A stretch of 64,000 nt of DNA from an uncultured Chloroflexia bacterium (GCA_963810065.1 CAWELX010000001.1:142819-206818), one strand, 5' to 3'. Shown: positions 1 through 10,311, counted from the first letter of the stretch. The notes: generated from the sequence alone by a model not told the origin. Made by a program: numbers and translations.

Positions 1-1950
1 GAGGGCCTGGTCGACGTCGGCCAGCTCGCTCGTCACCCGTCGGAGCTCCACGAAGTTCGCCGCGATCGACGGGTCGAGAAGGGCCAGCTCCAGGTGGCTC
101 TTGCGGAGACCCAGGCGGGTCAGGTCGTCCTCCGTGGCAGCCTTCTGGCGCCGGTACGCGTCCTTCGAGAGCTTCGGCTGGCGCGGCGCCTGGCGGCCCG
201 ATGGCTCCGATGCCGGCGCCGGCTTCGGACGATCATCGGGCCGGCCGGGCGAATCCGGCGGGCGCCCTCCACGTCCGGTGGGCGACGAAGCAGCGGGTGT
301 CGGCCGGCCGTGGAAGCGGGCCTCCTCGCGAGCCCACGCGTCCGCGATGCGCCACCCGTCGGCGGCGGCGGCGCGCCAGGCCCGGTAGCCGCCCTCGAAG
401 GGCACGACGCGACCCTCGTCGACCACCCACAGCCGGTCGCAGGTCGTCTGCAGCAGCCGCCGGTCGTGGCTCACGACGAGCAGCGTGGCGGTCGTCTCGC
501 GCATGAACGCCTCCAGCGCCTCGCGGGCCGGGATGTCGAGGTGGTTGGTGGGCTCATCGAGGAGGAGCAGGTTCGAGGGCATGATGCCCAGGATCGCGAG
601 CTCCAGCCGCGAGCGCTCGCCGCCCGAGAGGCTGCCGACCTCCTTGAAGACGTCGTCACCGCGAAAGAGGAAGCGGGCCAGGTAGCCGCGCGCCTCGCCG
701 GCCGTCATCGGGATCTCCGCCAGCAGCGCGTCGAGGACCGTCTCGCCCAGGAGCGGGTTCGTGCGGACCTGGGCGAGGTATCCCAGCTGGACGTTGGCCC
801 CGAACACGAGGCGGCCGTCGCGCGGCTGGAGCTCGCCGGCGATCGCGCGCAGGAGGGTGGTCTTGCCCGCGCCGTTGGGACCGACGATGCCGATCCGCTC
901 GCCGCGCGACGCCTCCAGGCGCACCGTGCGCGCGACGTCCGGACCACCTGGGTGGCCCACGACGACGTCGTCCAGGCGCAGCACGACGTCCCCCGAGCGC
1001 GGCGGTGGACCACCCAGGGCACGGTCCAGGCGCAAGGCGGGGCCCGAGCGCGGGACGTCGATCCGATCGAGGCGGGCCAGCCGGGCCTCGTGCTCGTGCA
1101 TCTTCCCGTGCTTGCGCTGGCTCCGGTACGTCTGCACCAGCGCCTGCTCCCTGGCGATCTCCCCCTCCCGCGCCTCGGCATCCTTGCGGAGGCGCGCGTC
1201 ACGCTCCTCGCGTTGGCGGGCGTACCCGGAGTAGTCGCCCCGGAAGGCCGCCAGGCGGCGGTCGCGCAGCTCCCAGATCCGGGTCACCGTGGCGTCCAGG
1301 AAGGCCCGGTCGTGGGATGCGACCAGGAGGGCGCCGCGGCGCGTCCGGACGGCCTGCTCCAGCCACTCGATGGCCGACAGGTCCAGGTGGTTCGTGGGCT
1401 CGTCGAGGAGGAGCAGGTCGGGGTCCGCCACCAGCAGGCGCGCCAGCGCGGCACGGGTCTGCTGGCCGCCGGACAGCTCCTCCGGCGAGCGGGCGACCTC
1501 CTCGGGGCTGAACCCGAGCCCGGAGAGCGCCTCGTCCACGCGCTGGTCCAGCGACCACCCGTCGACGGCCGCGAACCGGTGCGCGAGGTCCGCGTACGCC
1601 GGCGTGCCGGCGGCTCCCGCCTCCTCAAGGTCCCGCAGCTGCGACTCCATGGCCTCCACGGCCGCGGCGCCGCGGCGGACGGCGGTGCGCAGGTCCGGCG
1701 CCGAGGCGAATGCCTCGTCGAAGTGGGCCTCCTGGGCGAGGAGGCCCACGGTCAGGGCGCGCCGTCGGTGGACCTCGCCCCGGTCGGGCTCGTCCACGCC
1801 GGCCGCGATCCGCAGCAGCGTCGTCTTGCCGGCGCCGTTCGGCCCCACCATCCCAACCCGCTCGCCGATCGCGATGGCCGCGTTGACCGCGTCGAGGATC
1901 ACGAACGTGCCGATCTCGCGGGTGACGTTCGAGAGGCGGACGAGCGACAT
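1..1950 (-). CDS. ABC-F family ATP-binding protein (tandem ABC ATPase domains, no membrane domain); C-terminus runs off window start
   Basis: Minus-strand ATG at 1948-1950 gives [46 protein letters not shown] (Walker A). Downstream are LSGGERSRLELA (ABC signature) and a second Walker [15 protein letters not shown]. Plus-strand ORF 94..2307 is its antisense shadow. Confidence 0.8.
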   Translation of the reverse strand, partial: MSLVRLSNVTREIGTFVILDAVNAAIAIGERVGMVGPNGAGKTTLLRIAAGVDEPDRGEVHRRRALTVGLLAQEAHFDEAFASAPDLRTAVRRGAAAVEAMESQLRDLEEAGAAGTPAYADLAHRFAAVDGWSLDQRVDEALSGLGFSPEEVARSPEELSGGQQTRAALARLLVADPDLLLLDEPTNHLDLSAIEWLEQAVRTRRGALLVASHDRAFLDATVTRIWELRDRRLAAFRGDYSGYARQREERDARLRKDAEAREGEIAREQALVQTYRSQRKHGKMHEHEARLARLDRIDVPRSGPALRLDRALGGPPPRSGDVVLRLDDVVVGHPGGPDVARTVRLEASRGERIGIVGPNGAGKTTLLRAIAGELQPRDGRLVFGANVQLGYLAQVRTNPLLGETVLDALLAEIPMTAGEARGYLARFLFRGDDVFKEVGSLSGGERSRLELAILGIMPSNLLLLDEPTNHLDIPAREALEAFMRETTATLLVVSHDRRLLQTTCDRLWVVDEGRVVPFEGGYRAWRAAAADGWRIADAWAREEARFHGRPTPAASSPTGRGGRPPDSPGRPDDRPKPAPASEPSGRQAPRQPKLSKDAYRRQKAATEDDLTRLGLRKSHLELALLDPSIAANFVELRRVTSELADVDQAL

Positions 1951-1952
1951 CC

Positions 1953-3005
1953 TCAGCCGCCCCCCGCCCCGCGCCGCGCCTGGGCACGTCGCGTGGCTGC
2001 CGCGCGTCGGGTGCGCTCCGTCCGCGCCCGGCCAGCCTCGCCGGGCGTCAGGCCCAGAGTCCCCTCCCCTGGCAGCTCCACCCAGCGTCGCCCGTGGGCG
2101 CGCGGCGCCCGGCCGGCCGCAAGGATCCCGGCCGCGGCGGGCCGGTCGGCGGCCGGCAGGCGCTGGCACCACGAGCAGAAGTGCGTCGCCCGCCCGCCCA
2201 CCACGATGCGGCGGATGGGGCGCCCGCAGCGTGTGCACGGCTCGCCGGTGCGCTGGTACGCGTCCAGGCGCTCCTGCATGCTGCCGTCGCCGTCCGGCGC
2301 GGTGTAGTCGTCGATGGAGGCGCCCCGCCGCGCCACCGCCTCCGACAGCACCCCTCGGACCTCGCGATGGAGGCGCGCCTCGTCGGCCGGCCGCAGCGTC
2401 GCGGCGGTCCGGAGCGGGTGGAGGCGCGCCCGCCAGAGCGCCTCGTCGGCGTAGATGTTGCCGACCCCGGCGATGAAGCGCTGGTCGAGGAGCAGCGGCT
2501 TGAGCCGGCCCCGCCGGCCGCGAAGCCGCTCGCGGAATGCCCGGGCCGTGAAGGCGTCATCCAGCGGCTCCGGCCCGATGGCCGCGAACAGCCCGGCCCC
2601 GGCCTCCGCCTGCAGGACCGCGCCCGTGGCCGGGTCCACCGGCCAGCAGCCGATGCGGCCGAACTTCCGCACGTCCCGGAAGCGCAGCTCGCGGCCGTCG
2701 GCAAGCGCGAGGACGACGTGCACGTGGCGGTCCATCTGGGCACCGGCCGACACCACGAAGAGCTGGCCGGTCATCTTGAGGTGGATCGTGAGCGCGGCAT
2801 CCCCCGCCAGCCGCACGACCACCAGCTTGGCCCGCCGCCCCACGGCCTCGACCCGCCGGCCGGCGACCGCGGCGGCGAACGCCGCGACCGACGAGTGGGA
2901 CGCGATCGCCCGCGGCCAGTCACCGCGAGCGCCCGTGATCGTGGCGCCGACCAGGTGGCGCGCCAGGTCGCGCGCGACGGTCTCGACCTCGGGCAGCTCA
3001 GGCAT
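1953..3005 (-). CDS. mutM: Formamidopyrimidine-DNA glycosylase (Fpg/MutM) with low-complexity C-terminal tail
   Basis: N-terminus MPELPEVETV (catalytic Pro2/Glu3). C-terminal zinc finger CTRCGRPIRRIVVGGRATHFCSWCQ. TGA stop at 1953-1955, 3 bp from the ABC-F start. Confidence 0.85.
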   Translation of the reverse strand: MPELPEVETVARDLARHLVGATITGARGDWPRAIASHSSVAAFAAAVAGRRVEAVGRRAKLVVVRLAGDAALTIHLKMTGQLFVVSAGAQMDRHVHVVLALADGRELRFRDVRKFGRIGCWPVDPATGAVLQAEAGAGLFAAIGPEPLDDAFTARAFRERLRGRRGRLKPLLLDQRFIAGVGNIYADEALWRARLHPLRTAATLRPADEARLHREVRGVLSEAVARRGASIDDYTAPDGDGSMQERLDAYQRTGEPCTRCGRPIRRIVVGGRATHFCSWCQRLPAADRPAAAGILAAGRAPRAHGRRWVELPGEGTLGLTPGEAGRARTERTRRAAATRRAQARRGAGGG

Positions 3006-3041
3006 CGGCGCCCCCGCGGGCGCGGGACATGTCCACGCCCC

Positions 3042-5918
3042 TCAGCCCGCGGCGGCCGCGTCCCGCGGCACGGGGGTCATCGATTCCCAGTCGTTGCCGG
3101 TCTTGACGTCGACCGTCAGGGGCACGTCGAGCGCCAGCGCCCCCTCCATCGTGTCGCGCACGAGCGGCACCAGGCGGTCGGCCTCGCCGCGGGGAACTTC
3201 CAGCAGCAGCTCGTCGTGCACCTGGAGCAGGAGCCGGGCCCGGAAGCCTTCCGCGCGCAGGCGCGCGGCCACCCGGATCATGGCGATCTTCATGATGTCG
3301 GCTGCGGTCCCCTGGATCGGCATGTTGATGGCCATCCGCTCGCCCGCGGCCACGAGGCTCCGGTTCGAAGAGCGCAGCTCGGGGATCTCGCGGCGCCGGC
3401 CCAGGAGGGTGCTGACGTACCCCTGGGCCCGGGCCGTCTCCTTGATGTGGAGCATGTAGTAGCTGATCCCCGAGTACGTCGCGAAGTAGCGGTCGATGAA
3501 GGCGCGGGCTTCGTCGCGCGGGATGCCGGCCCGGCTCGCGAGCCCGAAGTCGCTCATCCCGTAGGCGATCCCGAAGTTGACCATCTTGGCCATCGACCGC
3601 TCCGCGGGCGTCACGTCGCCCGGGTCCTTGCGCAGGACCAGGGCGGCGCTGTCGCGGTGGATGTCCTGCCCGGCCGCGAAGGCGGCCTTCAGGCGCTCGT
3701 CGCCCGAGACGTGGGCCAGGATCCGCAGCTCGATCTGGCTGTAATCCGCGGAGACCAGGACCACCTCGGGACCGCCCGCCACGAACGCGCGCCGGATGCG
3801 ACGCCCCAGGTCCGTGCGGATCGGGATGTTCTGCAGGTTCGGGTCCGACGAGGAGAGGCGGCCCGTGGAGGCCACGGCCTGGTGGAACGTCGTGTGCAGC
3901 CGCCCGTCGTCAGCCAGCAGGCTCGGGAGCGCCTGGACGTAGGTGCTGCGGAGCTTGGCGTACAGCCGCCAGTCCAGGAGCTTGCCGACCATCGGGTGGG
4001 CCGCGCGCAGCTCCTCCAGGACCGTCGCGTCGGTGGAGTAGCCGGTCTTCGTCCGCTTCCCGGTGGGCAGGTTCAGCTCGTGGAACAGGACCTGCTCCAG
4101 CTGCTTCGGGCTCCCGAGGTTGAACTCGTGCCCGACGTCGGCGTAGATGCCGGCCTCCAGCCGCCCAAGCTCGGCCCCGAACTCGCGGTCGAGCGCCGCG
4201 AGCGCCTCCAGGTCCAGGTCGACGCCGATCGCCTCCATGCGCGCCAGGACCGGGATGAGCGGCAGCTCCAGCTCCCCGAAGAGCCGTCCCAGCGCCTGCT
4301 CCTCGAGGGCCGCGGCGAGGGGCGCCCGCACGGCCAGGGCGCCCAGGGCCTCCAGGGCGGCGCGCTCACCCGGCCCGAGGCCCGCGGCCGCCGGCGGCAG
4401 GTCGAGATCCAGTCGTTCGTGGACCACGTCCGCGATCCCCTGGCTGCGCAGCGACGCGTTGAGCAGGTAGGCCGCGATCTGGGTGTCGAAGGCGATCGGC
4501 GTCGGCCTCGCGTCCTGCTCGTCGCCGAAGCGGGCGACCAGCAGCGGCTTGGCCTCGTGGGCAACGAGCGGGGTCCCGGCCGCCTCCAGGGCGCGCCGGG
4601 CAGCGGTCGCCGCCTCGGCCCCCTCGAAGACGACGACACGGCCGTCCTCGCCCGCGAGCGCGAGCGCGAGCGGCGTGCCGGCCCGCGGCCGGGGATCGTC
4701 CAGGACGAGCGCGACGCCGACGACGGCCAGCGTGCCCAGCCAGGCGCCCAGGTCTGCGGCGGCGGCCGCATCGCCGCGCTCCACGCGGCCGGGATCGGCG
4801 ACCAGCGCGGCGAGGGCCGCAGGCAGGTCGCCCGCGGGCAGCGGCGCCGCGGGACCCGGGGCCGGCGCCGGGCCCACCGCGTCGAAGTCCAGCGACAGCT
4901 GGAGGCCACCTGACGTTGCCGCCCGGGCGCGGGCGTCCCCGCCCGGCGGCCGAACGCCCGGCGGCCGAACCCCGGGGGCCCGCGCCGCCCCGACCTCACC
5001 GGCGGCGTCCCGCACGCGCGACGTCGCCTCGGCGGCCGTTTCGCCCTGGAGCGCCGGCAGGCGATCGATCAGGGTGCGGAACTCGTACTCCCGGAACAGG
5101 CTGACGACCGCGTCGCGATCGTAGACGCCGATCCGGGCGGCCTCCACGTCGAGCTCGACCGGCACGTCGCGGATGAGCCGCTGCAGCTCGCGGCTCTCCA
5201 GGACGCGGTCCCTGGCCTCCACGAGCAGCGGGCGCAGCCGGTCCGGGGTCACCTCGTCGATCCGGTCGTAGAGCGCATCCAGGGTCCCGAACGTGGCGAC
5301 GAGCTTCGCGGCGGTCTTCTCTCCCACCCCGGGCACGCCGGGGATGTTGTCGGTGGCGTCGCCCTTGAGGGCCTTGTAGTCCAGCATCTGGTCGGGCCGC
5401 AGGCCCCAGCGCTCGTCGATCCGGGCGAGGTCGTAGGCGACCGTGTTGGCCACGCCACCCCGCAGCGAGACCACGAGGTGCGTCCGGTCGGTCACCAGCT
5501 GCAGCATGTCGAGGTCGCCGGTGACGATCGTCGTGTCGAGATCGCGGGCCTCGGCCTGCCCGACGAGCGTGGCGATGACGTCGTCGGCCTCGAACCCCTC
5601 GTGCTGGTAGACGGGGAAGCCGAGCGCCGCGACGACCTCGCGCACCTTCGGGAACTGGTCGCGCAGCTCGTCCGGCATCCGCTGCCGCGTCGCCTTGTAC
5701 TCCAGGTACCGCTCATGGCGGAACGTCGGCTTGCCCAGGTCGAAGGCGATCGCCACGGCGTCCGGCTTCACGTCCTGGATGGCTCGCAGGACGATGTTCG
5801 TGAAGCCGAAGACGGCGTTCACCAGCTCGCCCTTCGACGTCGTCAGCGGCGTCTGGATCAGCGCGTAGTAGCCGCGGTAGATGAGCCCGTTGCCGTCGAG
5901 CAGCATCAGACGGGTCAT
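3042..5918 (-). CDS. polA: DNA polymerase I
   Basis: 5'-nuclease N-terminus MTRLMLLDGNGLIYRGYYAL. Polymerase motifs DYSQIELRILAH, RRxAKxxNFGxxYG and QVHDELLLE. Start placed at the ATG of MTRLML (M56 of track ORF 3042..6083). Confidence 0.9.
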   Translation of the reverse strand: MTRLMLLDGNGLIYRGYYALIQTPLTTSKGELVNAVFGFTNIVLRAIQDVKPDAVAIAFDLGKPTFRHERYLEYKATRQRMPDELRDQFPKVREVVAALGFPVYQHEGFEADDVIATLVGQAEARDLDTTIVTGDLDMLQLVTDRTHLVVSLRGGVANTVAYDLARIDERWGLRPDQMLDYKALKGDATDNIPGVPGVGEKTAAKLVATFGTLDALYDRIDEVTPDRLRPLLVEARDRVLESRELQRLIRDVPVELDVEAARIGVYDRDAVVSLFREYEFRTLIDRLPALQGETAAEATSRVRDAAGEVGAARAPGVRPPGVRPPGGDARARAATSGGLQLSLDFDAVGPAPAPGPAAPLPAGDLPAALAALVADPGRVERGDAAAAADLGAWLGTLAVVGVALVLDDPRPRAGTPLALALAGEDGRVVVFEGAEAATAARRALEAAGTPLVAHEAKPLLVARFGDEQDARPTPIAFDTQIAAYLLNASLRSQGIADVVHERLDLDLPPAAAGLGPGERAALEALGALAVRAPLAAALEEQALGRLFGELELPLIPVLARMEAIGVDLDLEALAALDREFGAELGRLEAGIYADVGHEFNLGSPKQLEQVLFHELNLPTGKRTKTGYSTDATVLEELRAAHPMVGKLLDWRLYAKLRSTYVQALPSLLADDGRLHTTFHQAVASTGRLSSSDPNLQNIPIRTDLGRRIRRAFVAGGPEVVLVSADYSQIELRILAHVSGDERLKAAFAAGQDIHRDSAALVLRKDPGDVTPAERSMAKMVNFGIAYGMSDFGLASRAGIPRDEARAFIDRYFATYSGISYYMLHIKETARAQGYVSTLLGRRREIPELRSSNRSLVAAGERMAINMPIQGTAADIMKIAMIRVAARLRAEGFRARLLLQVHDELLLEVPRGEADRLVPLVRDTMEGALALDVPLTVDVKTGNDWESMTPVPRDAAAAG

Positions 5919-6199
5919 GGCGGGCGGGATCCTCCGGCGAGATCGGCGCGCGGCCGACGATGGATCCAGTGTACCGGCGGGGATCGTCCCGGGCCCATGC
6001 GCGCCGGCGGGGATCGTCGGGGGTCCGCCTGGGGCCCAGGCCGTCCCGCACCCGTGTCGGGGCCCAGGCCGTCCCGCACCCACGTCCAGGCATCGGGAAC
6101 CGCGGCCGTCCGCCGGGCGTCCGAAGGGCCGTGCTAGACTCGCGCCGCCTCGCCGCCTCGACGTTCCCGGGCGTCCGCGCCGGAAGGAGCCGAGTCCCG

Positions 6200-6844
6200 T
6201 TGGATGATCCGCGCTCGACCACGACCGGCGAGCGCACCCCGAGCTCCGCGTCCGTCCGCCCGGGCGACGACGCCATCGCGCGCCGGGACGAGATCCTCGT
6301 CGCGCGGGCCCTGGAGGGTGACCTCGGCGCGTTCAACCAGCTGGTCGAGGCCTACCAGGACCTGTGCCACTCGCTGGTCGCCCGGATGGTCCCCGACCCG
6401 GACCAGGCCTCGGACGCCGTGCAGGAGGCCTTCTTCTCGGCCTATCGCAATCTGCGCTCCTATCGCGGCCCATCGTTCCGCGGCTGGCTGACGCGGATCG
6501 CGGTGAACGCGGCGATGGACCTCCAGCGCGCCCGCAAGCGGCGGCCCGTATCGCCATACCCGGAGCTCGAGGACGAGTCGTGGCAGCCACCCGCCGGAGC
6601 CGACACCGATCCCGAGAACATCGCCACCGCGTCCGAGCGCGGCCGGGTGCTGGCCGCGGCCCTGACCGCGATCGCGGCCGACCAGCGCAATGCGATCGTG
6701 CTCTACGACGTCGAGGGCTACGACTACGCCGAGATCGCCGTGATGACCGGCGTCTCCCTGGGCACCGTCAAGTCCCGGATCCACCGCGGCCGGCTGGCGC
6801 TTCGCGCCATCCTGGAGGAGCGGATGGAACTCTTCCGCAGCTGA
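6200..6844 (+). CDS. ECF-type RNA polymerase sigma-70 factor
   Basis: Region 2 (LVEAYQDLCHSLVARMVPD...DAVQEAFFSAYRNL) and region 4 (YAEIAVMTGVSLGTVKSRIHRGRLAL). TTG start at 6200 is preceded by a strong SD, GGAAGGAG, 10 nt upstream. Confidence 0.8.
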   Translation: MDDPRSTTTGERTPSSASVRPGDDAIARRDEILVARALEGDLGAFNQLVEAYQDLCHSLVARMVPDPDQASDAVQEAFFSAYRNLRSYRGPSFRGWLTRIAVNAAMDLQRARKRRPVSPYPELEDESWQPPAGADTDPENIATASERGRVLAAALTAIAADQRNAIVLYDVEGYDYAEIAVMTGVSLGTVKSRIHRGRLALRAILEERMELFRS

Positions 6845-6859
6845 GGCCGTCAGAGGACC

Positions 6860-7693
6860 ATGCCGCTCGTCCCGCACGTTCCCGCCGCTGAAGCCGAAGA
6901 GCACGCCGCCCTCGTCGTCGCGCTCGACGCCGGCGACCTCGCGGGCGCCGACCTTGATCGCGCCCGGCACGTTGCCAGCTCGTGCGCCGGCTGCGCCTCG
7001 CTCGTCGCGGACCTCGCCGTCATCCGCGACGCGATGACCGCCCTGCCCGTGCCCGTCCGTCGCCGCGACTACCGCCTGACTGACGAGGACGCGGCCAGGC
7101 TCAGGCCGTCGGGGTGGCGTCGGGTGCGCGACTGGCTCGCCGCGCCGGGTTCCACCGTGCGACCGCTCGCCACGGGCCTGGCGACGCTGGGAGTCGTCGG
7201 GCTGCTCCTCACCGCGGGCATCCCCAGCCTCGGCTCGAGCGCGGCAGCACCGGAGATGAGCTCCGGGGCAGGGCCCGAGATGAGCTCGGGGGCATCGCCC
7301 CAGGAGAACTACGGCCCCGCCGCAGTCCGGCCCAGCGAGGCTGGTCGGCCCGCCGACGCCGGGGACTCGTTCGTGCCGTCGGCCGCTCAGACCGCCGCAC
7401 CGGCGCCGCTGCCCAGCGGTGCGCCCGGCGCCGTTCCCAGCGCGGCTCCCAGCGAGCCGGCTCCCGGTGCGCTGGCAGGCCCCGACGCCTCCCCCACTCC
7501 GCCGGGTGAGCGGAACAGTGCGGCCGGCGCGCCCCAGGGGTCGGCCGGCGAGAAGACCGCCCCGATCGGCGTGGCAGCGGACGAGAGTGCGCCGGCCGGC
7601 GTCCCGGTGGCCCTCGTGGCGTCGATGGCGCTGCTGATCCTCGGGCTCGGCCTCTTCCTGGCTCGCGCGCTGGCCCGGCGCCGCTCCGCCTGA
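6860..7693 (+). CDS. Anti-sigma factor (zf-HC2-like motif H-x4-C-x2-C, transmembrane, Pro/Ala/Ser-rich extracytoplasmic tail)
   Basis: ATG 16 bp after the sigma stop. HVASSCAGCAS motif near the N-terminus. Predicted TM helix TLGVVGLLLTAGI and C-terminal helix LVASMALLILGLGLFLA. Confidence 0.6.
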   Translation: MPLVPHVPAAEAEEHAALVVALDAGDLAGADLDRARHVASSCAGCASLVADLAVIRDAMTALPVPVRRRDYRLTDEDAARLRPSGWRRVRDWLAAPGSTVRPLATGLATLGVVGLLLTAGIPSLGSSAAAPEMSSGAGPEMSSGASPQENYGPAAVRPSEAGRPADAGDSFVPSAAQTAAPAPLPSGAPGAVPSAAPSEPAPGALAGPDASPTPPGERNSAAGAPQGSAGEKTAPIGVAADESAPAGVPVALVASMALLILGLGLFLARALARRRSA

Positions 7694-7740
7694 CGGATCG
7701 CGGGCCGGCCCGCAGCTTCGCCCGGGACCGCGCCAGGAGT

Positions 7741-7766
7741 GCCTCGTCGCCCCCGGGCGACGAGGC
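7741..7766. terminator. Perfect 10-bp stem hairpin GCCTCGTCGC-CCCCGG-GCGACGAGGC between convergent genes
   Basis: Lies between the anti-sigma factor (+, ends 7693) and the aminotransferase (-, ends 7808). No U-tract, as is common in high-GC genomes. Confidence 0.4.
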
Positions 7767-7807
7767 GCGGACCCGCCGGGAACCGGGCGTAGCCCGCCCG
7801 CGTCTGG

Positions 7808-9173
7808 CTACCGGAAGAGCGCCTCGATCGCCTCGCCGAACACGGCCGTGTGGCGATCGACGTCAGCCTCCGTGGTCGCCGGCGACATGAGGGCCATGTT
7901 GTGGAAGGGCGTCATGAGCACGCCCCGATTCATCGCCCACAGATGCAGGAACCGGGCCAGGTCGGCATCGTCGTGGGCGGCCTGGTCGGATCCGTTGCGC
8001 GGCAGGTCGGGCATGAAGTGGTACTCGCAGCGGGCACCCAGCCGCGTGACGTGCCACGGGACGTCGTGGCTGCGCAGGACCCCGGCCACGCCCGCCTCGA
8101 ATCGCTCCGCCAGCGGGATCATCCGCGCGAACGCCTCGTCGGTGAGAACCTCCGTGAGAGTGGTCCGGATCGCGGCCAGCGACAGCGCGTTCCCGGCGAG
8201 CGTCCCGCCGATCCCGCCCACGTCGCAGTCGTCCCATTCGATCGATGCCCTGATGCGCTCGCCCACCTCCTCGGTGAAGCCGTAGGCGCCGGCGGGGATG
8301 CCGCCGCCGATCGTCTTGCCGATCGTCAGGATGTCCGGCTCCAGGCCGTGCGCGCCCGTGTACCCGCCGGGGCCGGCGCAGATCGTGTGGGTCTCGTCGA
8401 TGATGAGCAGCGTCCCGAACCTGCGGGTGAGCTGCCGCACACCCTCGTGGTAGCCCGGCTCCGGCAGGACGATGCCCACGTTCGTCAGGGCGGGCTCCAT
8501 GAGCGCGACCGCGACGTCACCGTGCGCGAGCTCCCGCTCCAGGCCTTCGAGGTCATTGAACTCCACGACGCGCGTCGTCTCGGCCAGGGCCACCGGCTTG
8601 CCGATGTTCCCGCGCCGCGCCTCGACCGAGCCGTCCGGCCCCAGCGAGGCAAACGCCTCGTCGACGGAGCCGTGGTAGTTGAAGTTGTGGACGAGCACCT
8701 TCGGGCGGCCGGTGATGTGCCGGGCGAGCCGGATCGCGAAGCGGTTGGCGTCCGTGGCAGTGAGCGTGAACTGCCACCACCGGACGCCGAACCGGCGCTG
8801 GAGCTCGTCGGCGGCGACGATCGCGTCCTCGGTGGGCAGCATGTGGGTGATGCCCCGCCGCAGCTGGCGCTCGACCGCGCGGATCGTGGCGTCGGGGCCG
8901 TGCCCGGCCATCGCTCCCGTGTCGCCCAGGCAGAAGTCGACGTACTCGTGGCCGTCGACGTCGGTGAAGTGGGCGCCGCCGGGCCTCCTCGACGAAGAGC
9001 GGATAGGGCCCTGCCCACTTGACCATCCAGTTCATGGGAACGCCGTCCAGCAGGGAGCCCTTGGCCCGCTCGAACAGCGCCTTCGACCGAGGGTTCGCGC
9101 GCTCGAAGGCCGCCATCTCGGCTTCCATGAGCCGCTCCATCCGGGAGCGATCGAGGATCCTGGCGCCTGTCAT
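7808..9173 (-). CDS. Class III PLP-dependent aminotransferase (GSA-aminomutase-like), interrupted by a single-base frameshift near 8975
   Basis: N-terminal part MTGARILDRSRMERLMEAEMAAFERANPRSKALFERAKGSLLDGVPMNWMVKWAGPYPLFVEEA is in frame 8553..9188. The body AMAGHGPDATIRAVERQ...IIDETHTICAGPGGY...GKTIGGGIPAGAYG is in frame 7808..8911. One extra base in GCCCGGCGGCGCCCAC restores ...EEARGAHFTDVDGHEYVDFCLGDTGAMAGHGPD. SD GGAGGGAG precedes the ATG at 9173. Confidence 0.7.
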
Positions 9174-9377
9174 CGATGCTCCCTCCATGCGTCGTTGGGC
9201 CGTCTTCCGGCGTGATGTCGATCATCGCGCGTCCGGTGCCGCCGCACTGCCTGGTTGCGCGCGCAGCCGGGCGTCCGACCGGCCGATCGCTGGCGCCCGA
9301 TCACGATCGGCTCGACCGGCGCCGCGTCGCGTCGCGGCACCCGGGTCGCCATGACCCTCCGCTAGACTTCGAGTCGG

Positions 9378-9463
9378 CCCGGGATGGCGGAACGGCAGAC
9401 GCACCCGACTCAAAATCGGGCGACCGCAAGGTCATGGGAGTTCGAATCTCCCTCCCGGGACCA
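9378..9463 (+). tRNA. tRNA-Leu (anticodon CAA), type II with long variable arm
   Basis: Acceptor CCCGGGA/TCCCGGG. Anticodon stem CCCGA/TCGGG with loop CTCAAAA. Variable arm of about 15 nt. T-arm GGGAG-TTCGAAT-CTCCC. Discriminator A followed by encoded CCA. Length 86 nt. Confidence 0.8.
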
Positions 9464-9627
9464 TCGACGACAACTCCCGCGCGGATGGGCCCAGCCCCGT
9501 GCTCACAGCTCCGCCACACGGTCTCAGTGATCTTCCCCGGGGCAGATGAGACCGGCATCGTGGCCGCGTCTGGGCGAGGGTGGCTCCGCCACGGCGATCG
9601 GTCGGCCCAGGGCACGGCGCCGAGCGC

Positions 9628-9939
9628 GGTTCCAGGATGCCGGCCCTGGCGTTGGTACCGCCTCCCTGGGCCCGGCAACGGGCTCCGCGCCCGGCGCCGT
9701 TCCGGAATGCCGGCCCCAGTGGCGTTGTCGTCGCCGGGGCCGGGTGGTGGTCCGGAATGCCGGCCCCGGTGGCGCTACGCACGATCGGCCGGGCTCCGGG
9801 CGGGCCCGAGCCGGCCGGCGGCGGCCGTCGGCGGCCGTCGCCCGCTCGCTCCCGATCGCTCCTCGCACGAGCGGGTCTCTCAGACGGGCGCGCTGGGCGA
9901 TCCTTCGTCCGTAACGCCACCACCACCGGCATTCCGGAC
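9628..9939. repeat. Non-coding repeats of motif (G)TTCCGGAATGCCGGCCCCGGTGGCG: three direct copies plus one inverted copy
   Basis: Direct copies at about 9628-9651, 9698-9725 and 9749-9774. Inverted copy CCGGCATTCCGGAC at 9926-9939. Each contains the palindrome TTCCGGAA or a near variant. Confidence 0.5.
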
Positions 9940-10311
9940 GTCGGAGCGCCGGGGGCACTCCGTGGGCGCTGCACGGTTGCAGCGCCACACCCTGGCCGGC
10001 TCCCGGTCCCGCACGGGGCATCCGGGGAACCGTGCTTGCGCCCGGATCTCGCGCGACGGGCTCGAGTGGCACCCGATCGATCCCGTCATCCATGGCGTCG
10101 GGGACGACCCGTCACGCTCCGAGACCCTCACGCCGGCCGTTGCGACCTCCGACGGACGTCTGCTCGCAACCAGCGAAGACCTGGACGCAAACGGGAATGA
10201 GCAGCCGCGGGAGGCCCGCATCTACGACGACGGGTCATGCTCGAGTCCTGTCTCGGCGTTCGGCCCTGGGCCGCGGCCGGCGCCGGATTCGGACCGGTTC
10301 GTACCCGCTGG

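Noticed and set aside
94-2307. 737-aa plus-strand ORF
   Set aside because: Low-complexity Arg/Ala/Gly-rich translation. It lies exactly antisense to the ABC-F ATPase, whose Walker/ABC signature motifs are on the minus strand. Open frames are expected at 70% GC.
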